The notes: a model not told the origin generated them from the sequence alone. A stretch of DNA of 19,078 nucleotides from Chthonomonadales bacterium (GCA_038217285.1 JBBQPO010000100.1:1-19078), one strand, 5' to 3'; positions 7,940 to 17,723 are shown, counted from the stretch's first letter. Program-made: numbers and translations.

Positions 7940-8188
7940 TTAAATCTCTGAGCCGATATGGTCGCCGACCGCGTTGATCGGCGCGCCGTGCTCGCTCTGG
8001 TCTGTCTCAAATGCGTTCTTTCGTTCCGAAATCGTCGGCCATGTCGCGGGAGGATTGCTGACCCCATCAAGTCTTTAATCAAATTTTAAGGTTCGTCTAG
8101 TATAATGCGGCGGCAAGTCCTACCCTGTTCGGCCCGCTGCGTTGACCACGAAGTAGGCCAATTTGTGAAAGGTTTCTGGCAACTCTTT

Positions 8189-11100
8189 ATGACGACCAGC
8201 ACTACTTTGTTCCGCCGTGTACCGCTTTCTCTTCTGCTCCTACTGCTTCTGATCTCCGCGCTGGTCCTGGGACCGGGGGGCTGCAGTTGCGGCAAAGGAG
8301 GGTCCAGTGATGCCGGGAATGGTGGGACTGCCTTCAACCCGCCTGCACCGCCTCTCCCCGGCACACCGCAGTATGCGCAGGCGATTTCCGGGTTTTATAC
8401 CGGGGTCATCGCGGCGAACGTCAGCGCGGACAAGGAGGCTCTCGCCAATCTGACGAATGCGGCGAAGGTTGCGCCCGGCGAACCGATGATCTGGACGGCC
8501 CTCGGCCTGGTCTACCTGCGCGAGGCCGATCTGGTGCAGGCGGCGGATGCCCTCGATAAAGCCGGAACCCTCTTGCCGAACAACAGCAACATCGTGATGC
8601 TGAAAGCCGTGCTCGAACAAAAACGTGGCAACACGCCGCTGGCCCTGACGCTTCTGCACAGCGCGGTGATCCTCGATCCTAAAAACGCGCAGGCGCTCTA
8701 CACTCTCAGCAAAATTGTGGAGGCGCAGCCGAACGGTAAATCGGAACTTGTCGAACTCCACAAGAAGCTGCTGGAAGCACGCCCCGATAACATCGCGTTC
8801 CTGGTGTATGTGGTGCAGGACGCCGCCGACACGGGCGATCTGCGCCAACTGCGCCTACTGGTCGACCGGGTCAAACAGCATATTGACCTCGTTCCTCCGG
8901 CTGCGCGAGAGCATCTTACCACGCTGGAGCAGGCATTGGCAGGAAACAGCCCGCAGGCGGTCGGCGTACCGACAGCTTACTTCGTCAATCTCATGAAGCC
9001 GGCGCCGGCTTCTAAACAGGCCCTTGCCGCCGTCGAGGAAAAAGCGATCGCCCGTCTGCCTGAGATGCCGGTGAAGATGCAGGCGCCCTCGCCCACCCCC
9101 GCCACTCCGGACGGATCTCTGGCCTTTACGGCCCAACCCCTTCCCGGTACGCAGACGGGCAAGTGGACCCAGGCGCGGACCTTCACCCTGGTACCGGAAA
9201 TCTCCCCCGCAGTCGCGCAGAGTTTCATGAGCAGCCGGGTGCCGATCGCAGCGCATGCGGAAGGCTCAGCGGTGACTCTGCTGGCGAACGGCACAACGGT
9301 GCAGATCATTGGGTCGGACGGCCTCCTCCTGCAGAGCCTGCCCTTTCCGGGAGGGGCTGCCGCTCTCTCGCCGCTGCCGAATAGCCTGCTGATCCAGGAT
9401 TTTACCTACGACTTTCTGCCCGACATCGCGATGGCCGGGGCAGGCGGTTTTCGGCTCTACGAGCAGACACAGAAGCATACGTTCGTGGATGTCACGGCCC
9501 GTACCAAGCTCTCTGACACCGTGACAAAGGGCGTCTATACCGGCGCCTGGGCGGTGGACATCGAGGCGGACGGTGATCTCGACATCGTGCTCGGATCCCC
9601 GCTTGGAACCCCGACGGTGCTGCAAAACAACAGTGATGGCACCTGGGAGCCAACCCACCCATTCGCCGGTATCGACGGCCTGCGCGCCTTCGCCTGGGCC
9701 GATCTCGACAACGATGGAGACGGCGATGCCGTGATCGTCGATGGGCAGGGCCGTCTCGCCGCCTTTGAAAACCTGCGGGGCGGGAAGTTCCGACAGTGGA
9801 AAAATCTGCCCACGGACCTTGGCAAGGTGACCGCCATCAGCGTTGCCGACCCGACCCGGCGGGGCACGATGGACATCGTGGCTCTGTTGGAAACCGGCTC
9901 GATTGTGCGCCTCTCGCTGCGACCGGACAAGAGCGCGTGGGACCAGGTGGAGATCGCGCTGCGCACGGAGGCGGCCCACGATACCAGTGTGCGCCTGCTC
10001 TGGTCCGACCTGGACAACAACGGCGCGGTCGATCTGATCGTCTCCGGCGACACGGGCACGAAGCTCTTCCTTGGGAACGCCCAGGGCAGACTCGACCCGC
10101 TGACAACCCTCCTCGACGAGGCGGTGTGGGATGTGGACGAAACGACGGCCAACGGCCTTCCGGATCTGATCGGGCTCGATGCCAAAGGGAAACCCGTTCG
10201 CCTGGTCAATGGCTGCAAGAAGAGCTATCACTGGACGACACTGCGTACTCGATCAAAGTTTTTCGCCGTGGATAAACAGGGCCACGAGTCCGGCGACAAC
10301 CGGATCAATCCTTTTGGAGTCGGAAGTGAGGCCGCAGTACGGGCGGGCCTGCTCTATCAGAAGGTTACGGTGAACGGGCCTGCGCTCCATTTCGGACTGG
10401 GTGACAATCCGCAGGCCGATGTGGTTCGATTGCTCTGGACCAACGGCGCGTCCCAGGCCGAGTTCCAGCCCGACCTCAAGACCAATGCGGGCTATATCGT
10501 CTCTCAGCGCAACATCGACACCTCGTGTCCGTGGCTGTTTGCCTGGGACGGCAAGCAGATGAGCCTCGTGACCGACTGTATCTGGCGCTCGCCGCTCGGC
10601 CTGCGCATCAATGCGCAGGGCACGGCAGGCATCGGGCAGACACAGGACTGGGTCAAAATCCGCCGCGATCAGCTCGTCCCTCACGATGGCTACTACGACC
10701 TGCGCATCACGGCAGATCTCTGGGAAACCCATTTCTTCGACTATCTCGCGCTGACGACGGTAGACCATCCCACAGATACCGACATCTGGGTAGACGAGCG
10801 GTTCTCTGTGCCAAAGCAGCCTCCGCTCAAGATCTACACGACGACGAAAGCTCGTCCGATAGCCCATGCCACCGACGACACGGGCACCGACGTGACCGAC
10901 ATCGTGCGGGAACGGGACGGGCGATACCTCGCGACCTTCGGTTATGGGCAGTACCAGGGCGTCGCCCGCGATCACTTCGTACAGATCGACCTGCCGTCTG
11001 ATGCTCCCACCGACAGGCCGCTGGCGCTCGTCGCGACGGGTTGGCTGCGCCCGACCGACAGCAACATCAATCTCGCGCTCAGTCAGGGCCACCACGTCCC

Positions 11101-11818
11101 GCCGCGAGGGCTTAGCCTGGAGATACCGGACGGCCGGGGAGGCTGGAAAGTGGCCAAACCCGGCCTCGGCTTCCCGGAGGGTAAAATCAAGACGGTCTTC
11201 CTGGACATCTCCGGACTGTTCGCGCCGGGTATTCCGCATCAGATGCGCCTGCGGACCAATCTGGAGATCTACTGGGACTACATCGCCTGGGCGACCATTC
11301 TGCCGGATACGACGCCACGCCGCGAGACTCGCCTCGCGCCGTCAGCCGCCAACCTGCATTTCCGGGGCTGGTCGGCACTGAAAACAACCGATCCCACGCA
11401 GCCGGATATGCCCGACTATACCCGCTTGAGCGGCACCGCCCCCCGCTGGCTCGACCTCGAAGGCTACTACACTCGCTTCGGCGATGTCCTTCCACTTCTC
11501 AGCGGCATCGACGACCGGTATGTCATCATGAACTCGGGCGACGAGCTCTCCCTGCGCTTCCCGGAGCAGGCGGCTCCCGCCTCCGGAATGGTGCGCGACT
11601 ACGTGTTGATCGGGGACGGGTGGGTAAAAGACGGCAACTTCAACACCGCCTTCCCGACCACGGTCATCCCGCTGCCCGATCATAACATGCACGACTATGT
11701 CAGGCCGCCTGCCACACTGGAAGACGATCCTGTCTATCGCCGCCATGCCGACGACTGGAAGACCTACCACACCCGTTATGTGCATCCAGGAGCCTTCCTG
11801 GACGCCCTGAAGCCATAG
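8189..11818 (+). CDS. Large putative lipoprotein with TPR repeats, FG-GAP/VCBS repeats and an ASPIC/UnbV (CRTAC1-like) domain
   Basis: Hydrophobic signal ending GGCSC, TPR-like helices, repeated D-x-D-x-DG-x-x-D motifs (DIEADGDLD, DLDNDGDGD, DLDNNGAVD), the ASPIC/UnbV motifs N-x-x-GVG and LHFGLG...W-x-NG, and a C-terminal region beginning SCPWLFAWDG. The start was moved to the ATG at 8189. Confidence 0.88.
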   Translation: MTTSTTLFRRVPLSLLLLLLLISALVLGPGGCSCGKGGSSDAGNGGTAFNPPAPPLPGTPQYAQAISGFYTGVIAANVSADKEALANLTNAAKVAPGEPMIWTALGLVYLREADLVQAADALDKAGTLLPNNSNIVMLKAVLEQKRGNTPLALTLLHSAVILDPKNAQALYTLSKIVEAQPNGKSELVELHKKLLEARPDNIAFLVYVVQDAADTGDLRQLRLLVDRVKQHIDLVPPAAREHLTTLEQALAGNSPQAVGVPTAYFVNLMKPAPASKQALAAVEEKAIARLPEMPVKMQAPSPTPATPDGSLAFTAQPLPGTQTGKWTQARTFTLVPEISPAVAQSFMSSRVPIAAHAEGSAVTLLANGTTVQIIGSDGLLLQSLPFPGGAAALSPLPNSLLIQDFTYDFLPDIAMAGAGGFRLYEQTQKHTFVDVTARTKLSDTVTKGVYTGAWAVDIEADGDLDIVLGSPLGTPTVLQNNSDGTWEPTHPFAGIDGLRAFAWADLDNDGDGDAVIVDGQGRLAAFENLRGGKFRQWKNLPTDLGKVTAISVADPTRRGTMDIVALLETGSIVRLSLRPDKSAWDQVEIALRTEAAHDTSVRLLWSDLDNNGAVDLIVSGDTGTKLFLGNAQGRLDPLTTLLDEAVWDVDETTANGLPDLIGLDAKGKPVRLVNGCKKSYHWTTLRTRSKFFAVDKQGHESGDNRINPFGVGSEAAVRAGLLYQKVTVNGPALHFGLGDNPQADVVRLLWTNGASQAEFQPDLKTNAGYIVSQRNIDTSCPWLFAWDGKQMSLVTDCIWRSPLGLRINAQGTAGIGQTQDWVKIRRDQLVPHDGYYDLRITADLWETHFFDYLALTTVDHPTDTDIWVDERFSVPKQPPLKIYTTTKARPIAHATDDTGTDVTDIVRERDGRYLATFGYGQYQGVARDHFVQIDLPSDAPTDRPLALVATGWLRPTDSNINLALSQGHHVPPRGLSLEIPDGRGGWKVAKPGLGFPEGKIKTVFLDISGLFAPGIPHQMRLRTNLEIYWDYIAWATILPDTTPRRETRLAPSAANLHFRGWSALKTTDPTQPDMPDYTRLSGTAPRWLDLEGYYTRFGDVLPLLSGIDDRYVIMNSGDELSLRFPEQAAPASGMVRDYVLIGDGWVKDGNFNTAFPTTVIPLPDHNMHDYVRPPATLEDDPVYRRHADDWKTYHTRYVHPGAFLDALKP

Positions 11819-11829
11819 GGAGCAGACAC

Positions 11830-12384
11830 ATGGAGTTTCCTATCGTGATGTGGGGACGGACGCAGGCCACCTTCCTGGGGGTAGGAACAGACCTGCCTGC
11901 CGGGGCGCCCGTGAAGGCGGCGCTCGTATTCGCGCTCTCGGAGAGAAAGTTCGTGCTCGCGGATATTGCCGGGCGCGGCTGGTGCATTCCCGGCGGGAGG
12001 CTCGAAGCCGGTGAAACTCCCGAGCAGGCGGCACGACGTGAAGTGTGGGAGGAGATCGGCGGCACAGTCGGCCCCCTACATCTGATGGGGCACTATCTGA
12101 TGACAGAGACCGACACAGGAGCGGCACAGATCGTCCCAACCTATGTCGCAGCGGTGGAAACCCTGGACTCTCTGCCTACTGGAACAGAATCACAGGGCGT
12201 CCGCCTGGTTTCGCTGGAGGATCTACCCTCCTGCTACTTCACCTGGGACGCCCTGATGGAATCGGTCTTTCGGCTCGCCTTCGAGTGGGCTCCCTCTCCG
12301 CTTGCGGGGAGGGCTGGGGTGGGGTCTCCTCCCTCCCTGCAAGCGGGGAGGGCTGGGGTGGGGGCAACGCCCTACGACCGGTGA
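11830..12384 (+). CDS. Nudix hydrolase
   Basis: Nudix box GGRLEAGETPEQAARREVWEEIG. GGGAG RBS, starting 11 nt after the upstream stop codon. Confidence 0.9.
   Translation: MEFPIVMWGRTQATFLGVGTDLPAGAPVKAALVFALSERKFVLADIAGRGWCIPGGRLEAGETPEQAARREVWEEIGGTVGPLHLMGHYLMTETDTGAAQIVPTYVAAVETLDSLPTGTESQGVRLVSLEDLPSCYFTWDALMESVFRLAFEWAPSPLAGRAGVGSPPSLQAGRAGVGATPYDR
12292..12363. repeat. Two tandem REP-like palindromic units with a 39-bp period
   Basis: CCCTCTCCG-CTTG-CGGGGAGGG-CTGGGGTGGGG (12292-12324) and CCCTCCCTG-CAAG-CGGGGAGGG-CTGGGGTGGGG (12331-12363). Confidence 0.8.
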
Positions 12385-13127
12385 CCGCACCAGAGAACTG
12401 CGTTGTGCAGAACGCGCTGCACGTTGGGATCGAAGTAGGTCGGATAGGTTTCGTGGCCGGGCCGGAAATAGAAAACTCGTCCCACGCCTTCGCCCTCGCC
12501 GACACCCTTGCCGGGGCCTGACGTGAATCCTATGGCTTTGCCTGTGCCGACGGTCCAGCACGCGCCGCCGGGAAAGTACTCTCCGCCCTGCGGGAAGTAG
12601 GACTGGAAGACGAGGCAGAGCGGCGGCGGGACATCGAACGGGTTGCCGTACATCTCCTCGCGTTGCAGTACGAAGTCGGAGACGCCCTGCGCGATAGGAT
12701 GTCTGGGCGCGCAGACGGTGATCTCCTCCGTATCCGCCGGGGTCAATTCCCGCCAGCCGCCTTTGAGGTGCCCTGTGCAGGAGAGCACCCACTGCAGCGT
12801 CTTCGAGTAGTGGGCGGAGTGCAGCGCGATAAATCCCATTCCGCGCTCATGAACGTGGCGGAAGACGCGTTGCGCCGTCTCCTCTGTGACCGCCCCATGG
12901 CGGGCATGGCCCCACCAGATCAGCACATCCGTCGCTGCCAGAGCCTCTTCGGAGCAGCCCTGCTCGGGATCGTCCAGGTTGGCGGCTTTCGCCGAAATTC
13001 CGCCGCTTCCCGACGCATTCAGCCCCTGCGCAATGGCGCCGTTGATGCTGTCGGGATAGACCTCTTTCGGGGCATGGGGCGGGTTCTCATCCCACACCAG
13101 CACACGCACGGCTGCGTTCTCAGTCAT
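12372..13127 (-). CDS. thuA: ThuA-like (trehalose utilization) domain protein
   Basis: VLVWDE, DVLIWWGH, GMGFIALHSAH, HPIAQGV, EEMY and GRVFYFRPGHETYPTY motifs. AGGAG RBS. The symbol denotes the family, and the substrate is not established. Confidence 0.9.
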   Translation of the reverse strand: MTENAAVRVLVWDENPPHAPKEVYPDSINGAIAQGLNASGSGGISAKAANLDDPEQGCSEEALAATDVLIWWGHARHGAVTEETAQRVFRHVHERGMGFIALHSAHYSKTLQWVLSCTGHLKGGWRELTPADTEEITVCAPRHPIAQGVSDFVLQREEMYGNPFDVPPPLCLVFQSYFPQGGEYFPGGACWTVGTGKAIGFTSGPGKGVGEGEGVGRVFYFRPGHETYPTYFDPNVQRVLHNAVLWCGHRS

Positions 13128-13186
13128 CGGTATGCTCCTATCAGATTCTAATCGTCCCCTTCTATTCGGAGAGGACTGACCCCGAT

Positions 13187-13215
13187 AGTTTCGCCAGGGA
13201 GTGGCCGTTTCCTGC
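13187..13215 (-). promoter_or_regulatory. SigH-like promoter upstream of the thuA-like gene
   Basis: The minus strand reads GCAGGA-N17-GAAACT, about 60 nt before the ATG. Confidence 0.4.
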
Positions 13216-13239
13216 CTGCGTTTCTTGTGACCCGAATGA

Positions 13240-13899
13240 TCAAGAGCGTTTCATGGCCAGCGTCAGGCCGTCTCCGACCGGCAGGACGCTCAGGGTCACG
13301 CGCAGATCGGCGCACAACTTGGCGTTGAGCGCGCGCAGAGCGATGGTGCTTTCGTCCTGCACCGCCTCGTCTGCTACCTTTCCGCTCCAGAGCGTGTTGT
13401 CGATGGCGATCAGACCGTTCGGGCGCAGGAGCCGCAGGATGCGCTCGTAGTAGGCATCGTAGTTCGGCTTATCGGCGTCGATAAAGGCGAAATCGAAGGT
13501 TCCTGCATGTCCCGCTGCGAGCAGGCTATCGAGGGTTTCGAGCGCCGGGGCGATCCGCAGGTCGATCTTGTGCGCGACTCCCGCCTCCTCCCAGTATTTT
13601 CGCCCGATGGAAGTCCACTCCGCACTGACATCGCAGGCGATCAGCCTGCCGTCCTCCGGCAGCGCCATGGCGACCGTCAGGGCGCTATACCCCGTGAAGA
13701 CTCCCACTTCCAGCACCTTCTTCGCCCCGATAAGCTGGGTGAGCAGCTCCATAAAGCGGCCCTGCTCCACCGAGATCTGCATCATTGCGTTCGGCAGTTG
13801 CAGCGTCTCCTCTCGCAGACGCGCAAAGAGATCAGGCAGGGGGCGATTGACGGCGAGCAGATAGTCGTAGAGCGTGTCGGTCATGGGGAGTGTGCGCAT
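13240..13899 (-). CDS. Class I SAM-dependent O-methyltransferase (caffeoyl-CoA OMT-like, Methyltransf_3)
   Basis: [29 protein letters not shown] and GDGLT motifs. An AAGGAG RBS supports the start at 13899. Confidence 0.93.
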   Translation of the reverse strand: MRTLPMTDTLYDYLLAVNRPLPDLFARLREETLQLPNAMMQISVEQGRFMELLTQLIGAKKVLEVGVFTGYSALTVAMALPEDGRLIACDVSAEWTSIGRKYWEEAGVAHKIDLRIAPALETLDSLLAAGHAGTFDFAFIDADKPNYDAYYERILRLLRPNGLIAIDNTLWSGKVADEAVQDESTIALRALNAKLCADLRVTLSVLPVGDGLTLAMKRS

Positions 13900-13970
13900 T
13901 GAGAGTGTCTCCTTGAAAAACGGTAAGAGCACATTGCCGCCTCGGCGGAACGTCATAATCCAGCGTTCCC

Positions 13971-14000
13971 TATTTCGCCGCCCGTAGCGGAATCCCCTGC
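13971..14000 (-). promoter_or_regulatory. SigH-like promoter upstream of the O-methyltransferase gene
   Basis: The minus strand reads GCAGGG-N18-GAAATA, about 70 nt before the ATG. Confidence 0.35.
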
Positions 14001-14026
14001 ACGTGACTTCACGTACGTGACTGGCC

Positions 14027-17000
14027 TTAATGGTGGAAGATACGATCCCGAACCTTCTGGAAGAGGACCAGGGCGTCGTCGAACAGGGAGTAGAAGACGG
14101 GCGTTGCGAGCAGGGTGAGGAGCAGCGAGAAGGTCTGCCCGCCGATGACCGTGTAGCCGATGCCCTTGTTGGTCGCCGCGCCCGTGCCGTTGGAGAGGAC
14201 CAGCGGAACCATTCCGGCGACGAACGCGACGGTCGTCATCAGGATCGGACGCAGACGGTCCCGGTTGGCCTGGATGATAGCGTCGTAGCGGTTCATACCC
14301 TGCGCCCGCAGGTGGTTGGTATGGTCAACCTGCAAGATGCCGTTCTTCTTGACGACGCCGAACAGCACCAGCATGCCGAGCACGGTGAAGATATTGACCG
14401 ACTGGTGGAAGACGACAATCGCCAGCAGCGCGAACGGCACCGTGAGCGGCAGGGCGATGAGAATGGTGATCGGATGGACCCACGACTCGAACTGCGCGGC
14501 GAGCACCAGGTACATGAAGATTATCGCCAGCAGGAAGGCCGCCAGGAAGGCGCTACCCGCTTTCATCAGCTCTTTCGAAGTTCCGGACGCGCCATACGTG
14601 TAGTCGGGCGGCATGTGCAGGTCGGCGATAATCTGGCCTAACCTGGCCGCCGCCTCCGCCTGCGAGTAGCTGGGCAGGACGTTGCTGGTAAGCAGGACGT
14701 TACGCCGCCGGTTCTGTCGGGTGATCTGCGACGGCCCGGTCCCGCTCGTCAGCTTGACCACCTGATCGAGCGTAACGGGCGTGCCGTCCTTCGCCGAGGT
14801 GGGAACGGTCATCTGCTGAATCACGCTGGCATCGTTGCGGAAGGGCAGGTCGGCGCGCAGATGCACCTCGTACTGCTCGCCGTTCTCGTAGTAGTCCGTC
14901 ACTTTTGCGCCGCCGACCATGAGCCGGAGCGTGTTGGAAATGTCGGAGACGGAGACGCCGAGGTCGGCGGCACGCTGCCGGTCGATGTTGACACCAAGTT
15001 CGGGCTTGCCGATAATCAGCGACGAGTCGGCATCCACGATGCCGGGCACTTTCTTGTACTGCTCCAAAATCTTGGTCGAGTACTCCGTCAGCTTGTCCAG
15101 GTTTGGGCCGCTCAGGTAGTAGATGACCGTGGCGGGCGGCGCGCCCGTCGAGAACTCCGCTATCTGACCGGCGCTGGTGCGCAGAGAGCCGTACTGGGGC
15201 AGAACCTTATCGCGGGCCATGATCGTGATCGACTGTTGGGTGAGGCTCGCGTCACGCTGCGCCACCGGTTTCAGCTTCACGAAGATGTTGGCGAGGTTAT
15301 GGGTCTGCTGCGTGCTGTCGCCGATGGTGACGACGGTATAGTCCACGCCGGGCAGTTTGCGGGTGTCCTCGGCGATCCGGCCGGCGAGCGACTGGGTCGT
15401 CTCCAGGCTAGTGCCTTCTGGAGCGCGCACCGTGATCTGAAACTGCCCCTGATCGTCGTCCGGGAGGAAGTTCTTGGGGACGATCGCCCCGAGCGGCCCG
15501 ATGCTATAGAGCGCGGCCAGGGAGGCGAGCACAATAATCCAGCGGTACCGCATCGCAAAGCGCAGCAGGGCGGTGTAGACGATGTCGATGAGGCGGAAGA
15601 AACCGGAATCTTTGGAAGTCGCGTTCTTCGCCTCCTTGCCATGGCCGGATTCATCACTCACAGGCATTCCATCGGAGGTTTCCGAGGCCTCTGCGTCCAC
15701 CTTTTTGGGCTTGATCCAGCGGGAGGCGAGCATCGGTGTCAGTGTGAAGGAGACCAGCAGCGAAACCGCAATGGCGAACGCCATCGTCATTCCGAAGGAG
15801 TTCAGGAAGCGTCCGACGATGCCCGACATGAAGGCCACCGGCAGGAAGACTGCGATCAGGGACAGAGTCGTGGCCAGAACGGCGAGGCCGATCTCACGTG
15901 TGCCTTCGATCGCCGCTTCGAACGGGTTCATGCCCTTCTCTTCGATGATACGGAAGATGTTTTCGAGGACGACGATGGCGTCATCTATGACGATACCGAC
16001 CGACAGCGTCAGAGCCAGCAGCGTCAGGCTGTTGAGCGTAAAGCCCAGCATGTACATCGCCGCGAAGGTGCTGATAATGGAGGCCGGAATGGCGAGGGCC
16101 GAGATAAGGGTGGTGCGCCAGTTCCAGAGGAAGACCAGAACCACCAGGGCGGCCAGGATGCTGCCGACGATGAGATGCTCTTTGACGGCGTTGGCGCTGG
16201 CGCGAATGAACTCCGACTGATCGCGCACAACGCGGATGCTGTATCCCGAGGGGAGCGCCTTGTTGATGTCCTTGAGCTTGTCCAGAATGGCGTCCACGGT
16301 GGCGACTGTATTCAGTCCGGACTGCTTGCGAACCGAGAGCAGGACCGTCGGATTACCGCTCAACGTGGCGCTGGTCTGGGGCTCCTCGACGCCGTCCTCC
16401 GTCCGTCCGACATCGCGGATCCGGATAGGAGTCGGCCCCTGCTTTTTGATCACGAGATCGTCGAAAGCGGCCGGGGACTCCAGGCGACCTTTGGTGCGCA
16501 GCGTCAACTCACGAGTCTTCTGATCGACCGTACCTCCCGGCACCTGAATGTTCTGCGACTGGAGCGCCCGCTGCACATCCGCCGAGGTGAGGTTGTAGGC
16601 TTTCAATCGGGACGGATCGAGAATGATATTGATCTGCCGTTTACGCGTACCGATCAGCAGCACCTGCCCGACGCCGTTGATGCTCTCGATCTGTCGCCGC
16701 AGCACCTTGTCGGCATACTCCGACGTATCGCGAATGTTGCCGGGGGAAGAGAGGGCGAGCTGCAGGATAGGGGAGGCGTCCGGATCGACTTTGTCCACGA
16801 CCGGGGTCTTGACGTCTACGGGAAGTTGCGGAATGACGCCGCTGACCTTGTCGCGTACCTCCTGGATGGCGACATCGATCGGCTTCTCCAGGTTGAACGA
16901 GACGGCCACGATAGCCAGACCCTCGAAGGACGTGGAGCTGAGCGTATCGATACCGCTGATGGTGTTGACGCCCTCCTCGATCTTATCGACGACGTCGGTC

Positions 17001-17182
17001 TCCATCTCCTGCGGGGACGCGCCGTCCTCGCGCACGGTGATAGTAACGATTGGAAAGTCGACCTTCGGGAACCGGTCCACGCCGAGCCGAAAATAGCTGA
17101 ATGCGCCGATGACGACGAGTGTCAGGATCAACACCGTCGCGAATACAGGCCGCCGGACACAGACCTCCGCAAGTTTCTGCAC
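14027..17182 (-). CDS. RND efflux transporter permease subunit (AcrB/AcrD/AcrF family)
   Basis: 1051 aa with RRPVFA, proton-relay [23 protein letters not shown] and RLRPILMTT motifs. GTG start with a GAGG RBS. Confidence 0.95.
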   Translation of the reverse strand: MQKLAEVCVRRPVFATVLILTLVVIGAFSYFRLGVDRFPKVDFPIVTITVREDGASPQEMETDVVDKIEEGVNTISGIDTLSSTSFEGLAIVAVSFNLEKPIDVAIQEVRDKVSGVIPQLPVDVKTPVVDKVDPDASPILQLALSSPGNIRDTSEYADKVLRRQIESINGVGQVLLIGTRKRQINIILDPSRLKAYNLTSADVQRALQSQNIQVPGGTVDQKTRELTLRTKGRLESPAAFDDLVIKKQGPTPIRIRDVGRTEDGVEEPQTSATLSGNPTVLLSVRKQSGLNTVATVDAILDKLKDINKALPSGYSIRVVRDQSEFIRASANAVKEHLIVGSILAALVVLVFLWNWRTTLISALAIPASIISTFAAMYMLGFTLNSLTLLALTLSVGIVIDDAIVVLENIFRIIEEKGMNPFEAAIEGTREIGLAVLATTLSLIAVFLPVAFMSGIVGRFLNSFGMTMAFAIAVSLLVSFTLTPMLASRWIKPKKVDAEASETSDGMPVSDESGHGKEAKNATSKDSGFFRLIDIVYTALLRFAMRYRWIIVLASLAALYSIGPLGAIVPKNFLPDDDQGQFQITVRAPEGTSLETTQSLAGRIAEDTRKLPGVDYTVVTIGDSTQQTHNLANIFVKLKPVAQRDASLTQQSITIMARDKVLPQYGSLRTSAGQIAEFSTGAPPATVIYYLSGPNLDKLTEYSTKILEQYKKVPGIVDADSSLIIGKPELGVNIDRQRAADLGVSVSDISNTLRLMVGGAKVTDYYENGEQYEVHLRADLPFRNDASVIQQMTVPTSAKDGTPVTLDQVVKLTSGTGPSQITRQNRRRNVLLTSNVLPSYSQAEAAARLGQIIADLHMPPDYTYGASGTSKELMKAGSAFLAAFLLAIIFMYLVLAAQFESWVHPITILIALPLTVPFALLAIVVFHQSVNIFTVLGMLVLFGVVKKNGILQVDHTNHLRAQGMNRYDAIIQANRDRLRPILMTTVAFVAGMVPLVLSNGTGAATNKGIGYTVIGGQTFSLLLTLLATPVFYSLFDDALVLFQKVRDRIFHH

Positions 17183-17482
17183 GTCTACGCCTCACTCTCT
17201 TCGTAAATAGCCCGGTCGTGCGGACCATCGTCGATACTACGCACAACAAAAACTTTTTGTACCGAGGTATCAAGTACCCCAGAGACCTCGAAATCGGAGC
17301 ACATCACGTTGCAGAACATCTGTCTGCTTCCATTATACCCGGGTTCACAAAAAAGTGACTGCGGGTCAGAAAGTTTTACGTCTGACAAACGTATTCAGTT
17401 TCGGATTTATCACTCGCTCTCAAAAATTCCGCAACAACCGGGGACAGATCCCGCGCAGGCGGTCGTAAGCGGAGGAGATCAC

Positions 17483-17510
17483 AAATCCTTCGCGCGGAAG
17501 CGAAGGATTT
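17483..17510. terminator. Perfect 11-bp inverted repeat downstream of the dnaJ-hspR operon (terminator or REP-like element)
   Basis: AAATCCTTCGC-gcggaa-GCGAAGGATTT. The minus strand has only a short T tract. Confidence 0.5.
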
Positions 17511-17546
17511 CAGCCGAAGGCTCTGGCAAAGGAATTTATCCCCTCG

Positions 17547-17723
17547 CTAATCGGAAGGAGATTTACGTCGGCGCGGGGGGCGGTTCGGTGCGGACGGGGC
17601 CGCCGTCAGTTGGCGCGGCGGAGGCGCTAGAATGATCGGCGGCGGTCCGATACGGCGAATCTCGATCTCCTCCATTGCCAGGATCAGATCCAGGGGAGGC
17701 CGACCGGGCGGTAAAGGCTCCAT
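17547..17723 (-). CDS. Putative 58-aa proline-rich small protein (not in the ORF track)
   Basis: Hand translation gives MEPLPPGRPPLDLILAMEEIEIRRIGPPPIILAPPPRQLTAAPSAPNRPPRRRKSPSD*. The ATG is 9 nt after the hspR stop, and the RBS is weak. Confidence 0.4.
   Translation of the reverse strand: MEPLPPGRPPLDLILAMEEIEIRRIGPPPIILAPPPRQLTAAPSAPNRPPRRRKSPSD

Noticed and set aside
8101..8106. TATAAT upstream of the large lipoprotein gene
   Set aside because: A plausible -10 element, but there is no matching -35 or extended -10, so it is not reported as a feature.
8240..11785. Several 100-330 aa minus-strand ORFs
   Set aside because: All lie antisense within the TPR/FG-GAP/UnbV gene and lack independent coding signals.
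12292..12363. Possible mini CRISPR array
   Set aside because: Only two units separated by 6 nt, with no spacers and no cas genes.
14000..14021. CACGTGACTTCACGTACGTGAC overlapping short palindromes
   Set aside because: Short, with no recognisable operator consensus.
14861..17206. 781-aa plus-strand ORF
   Set aside because: Antisense shadow of the RND permease, as expected in high-GC coding DNA. It has no recognisable motifs.
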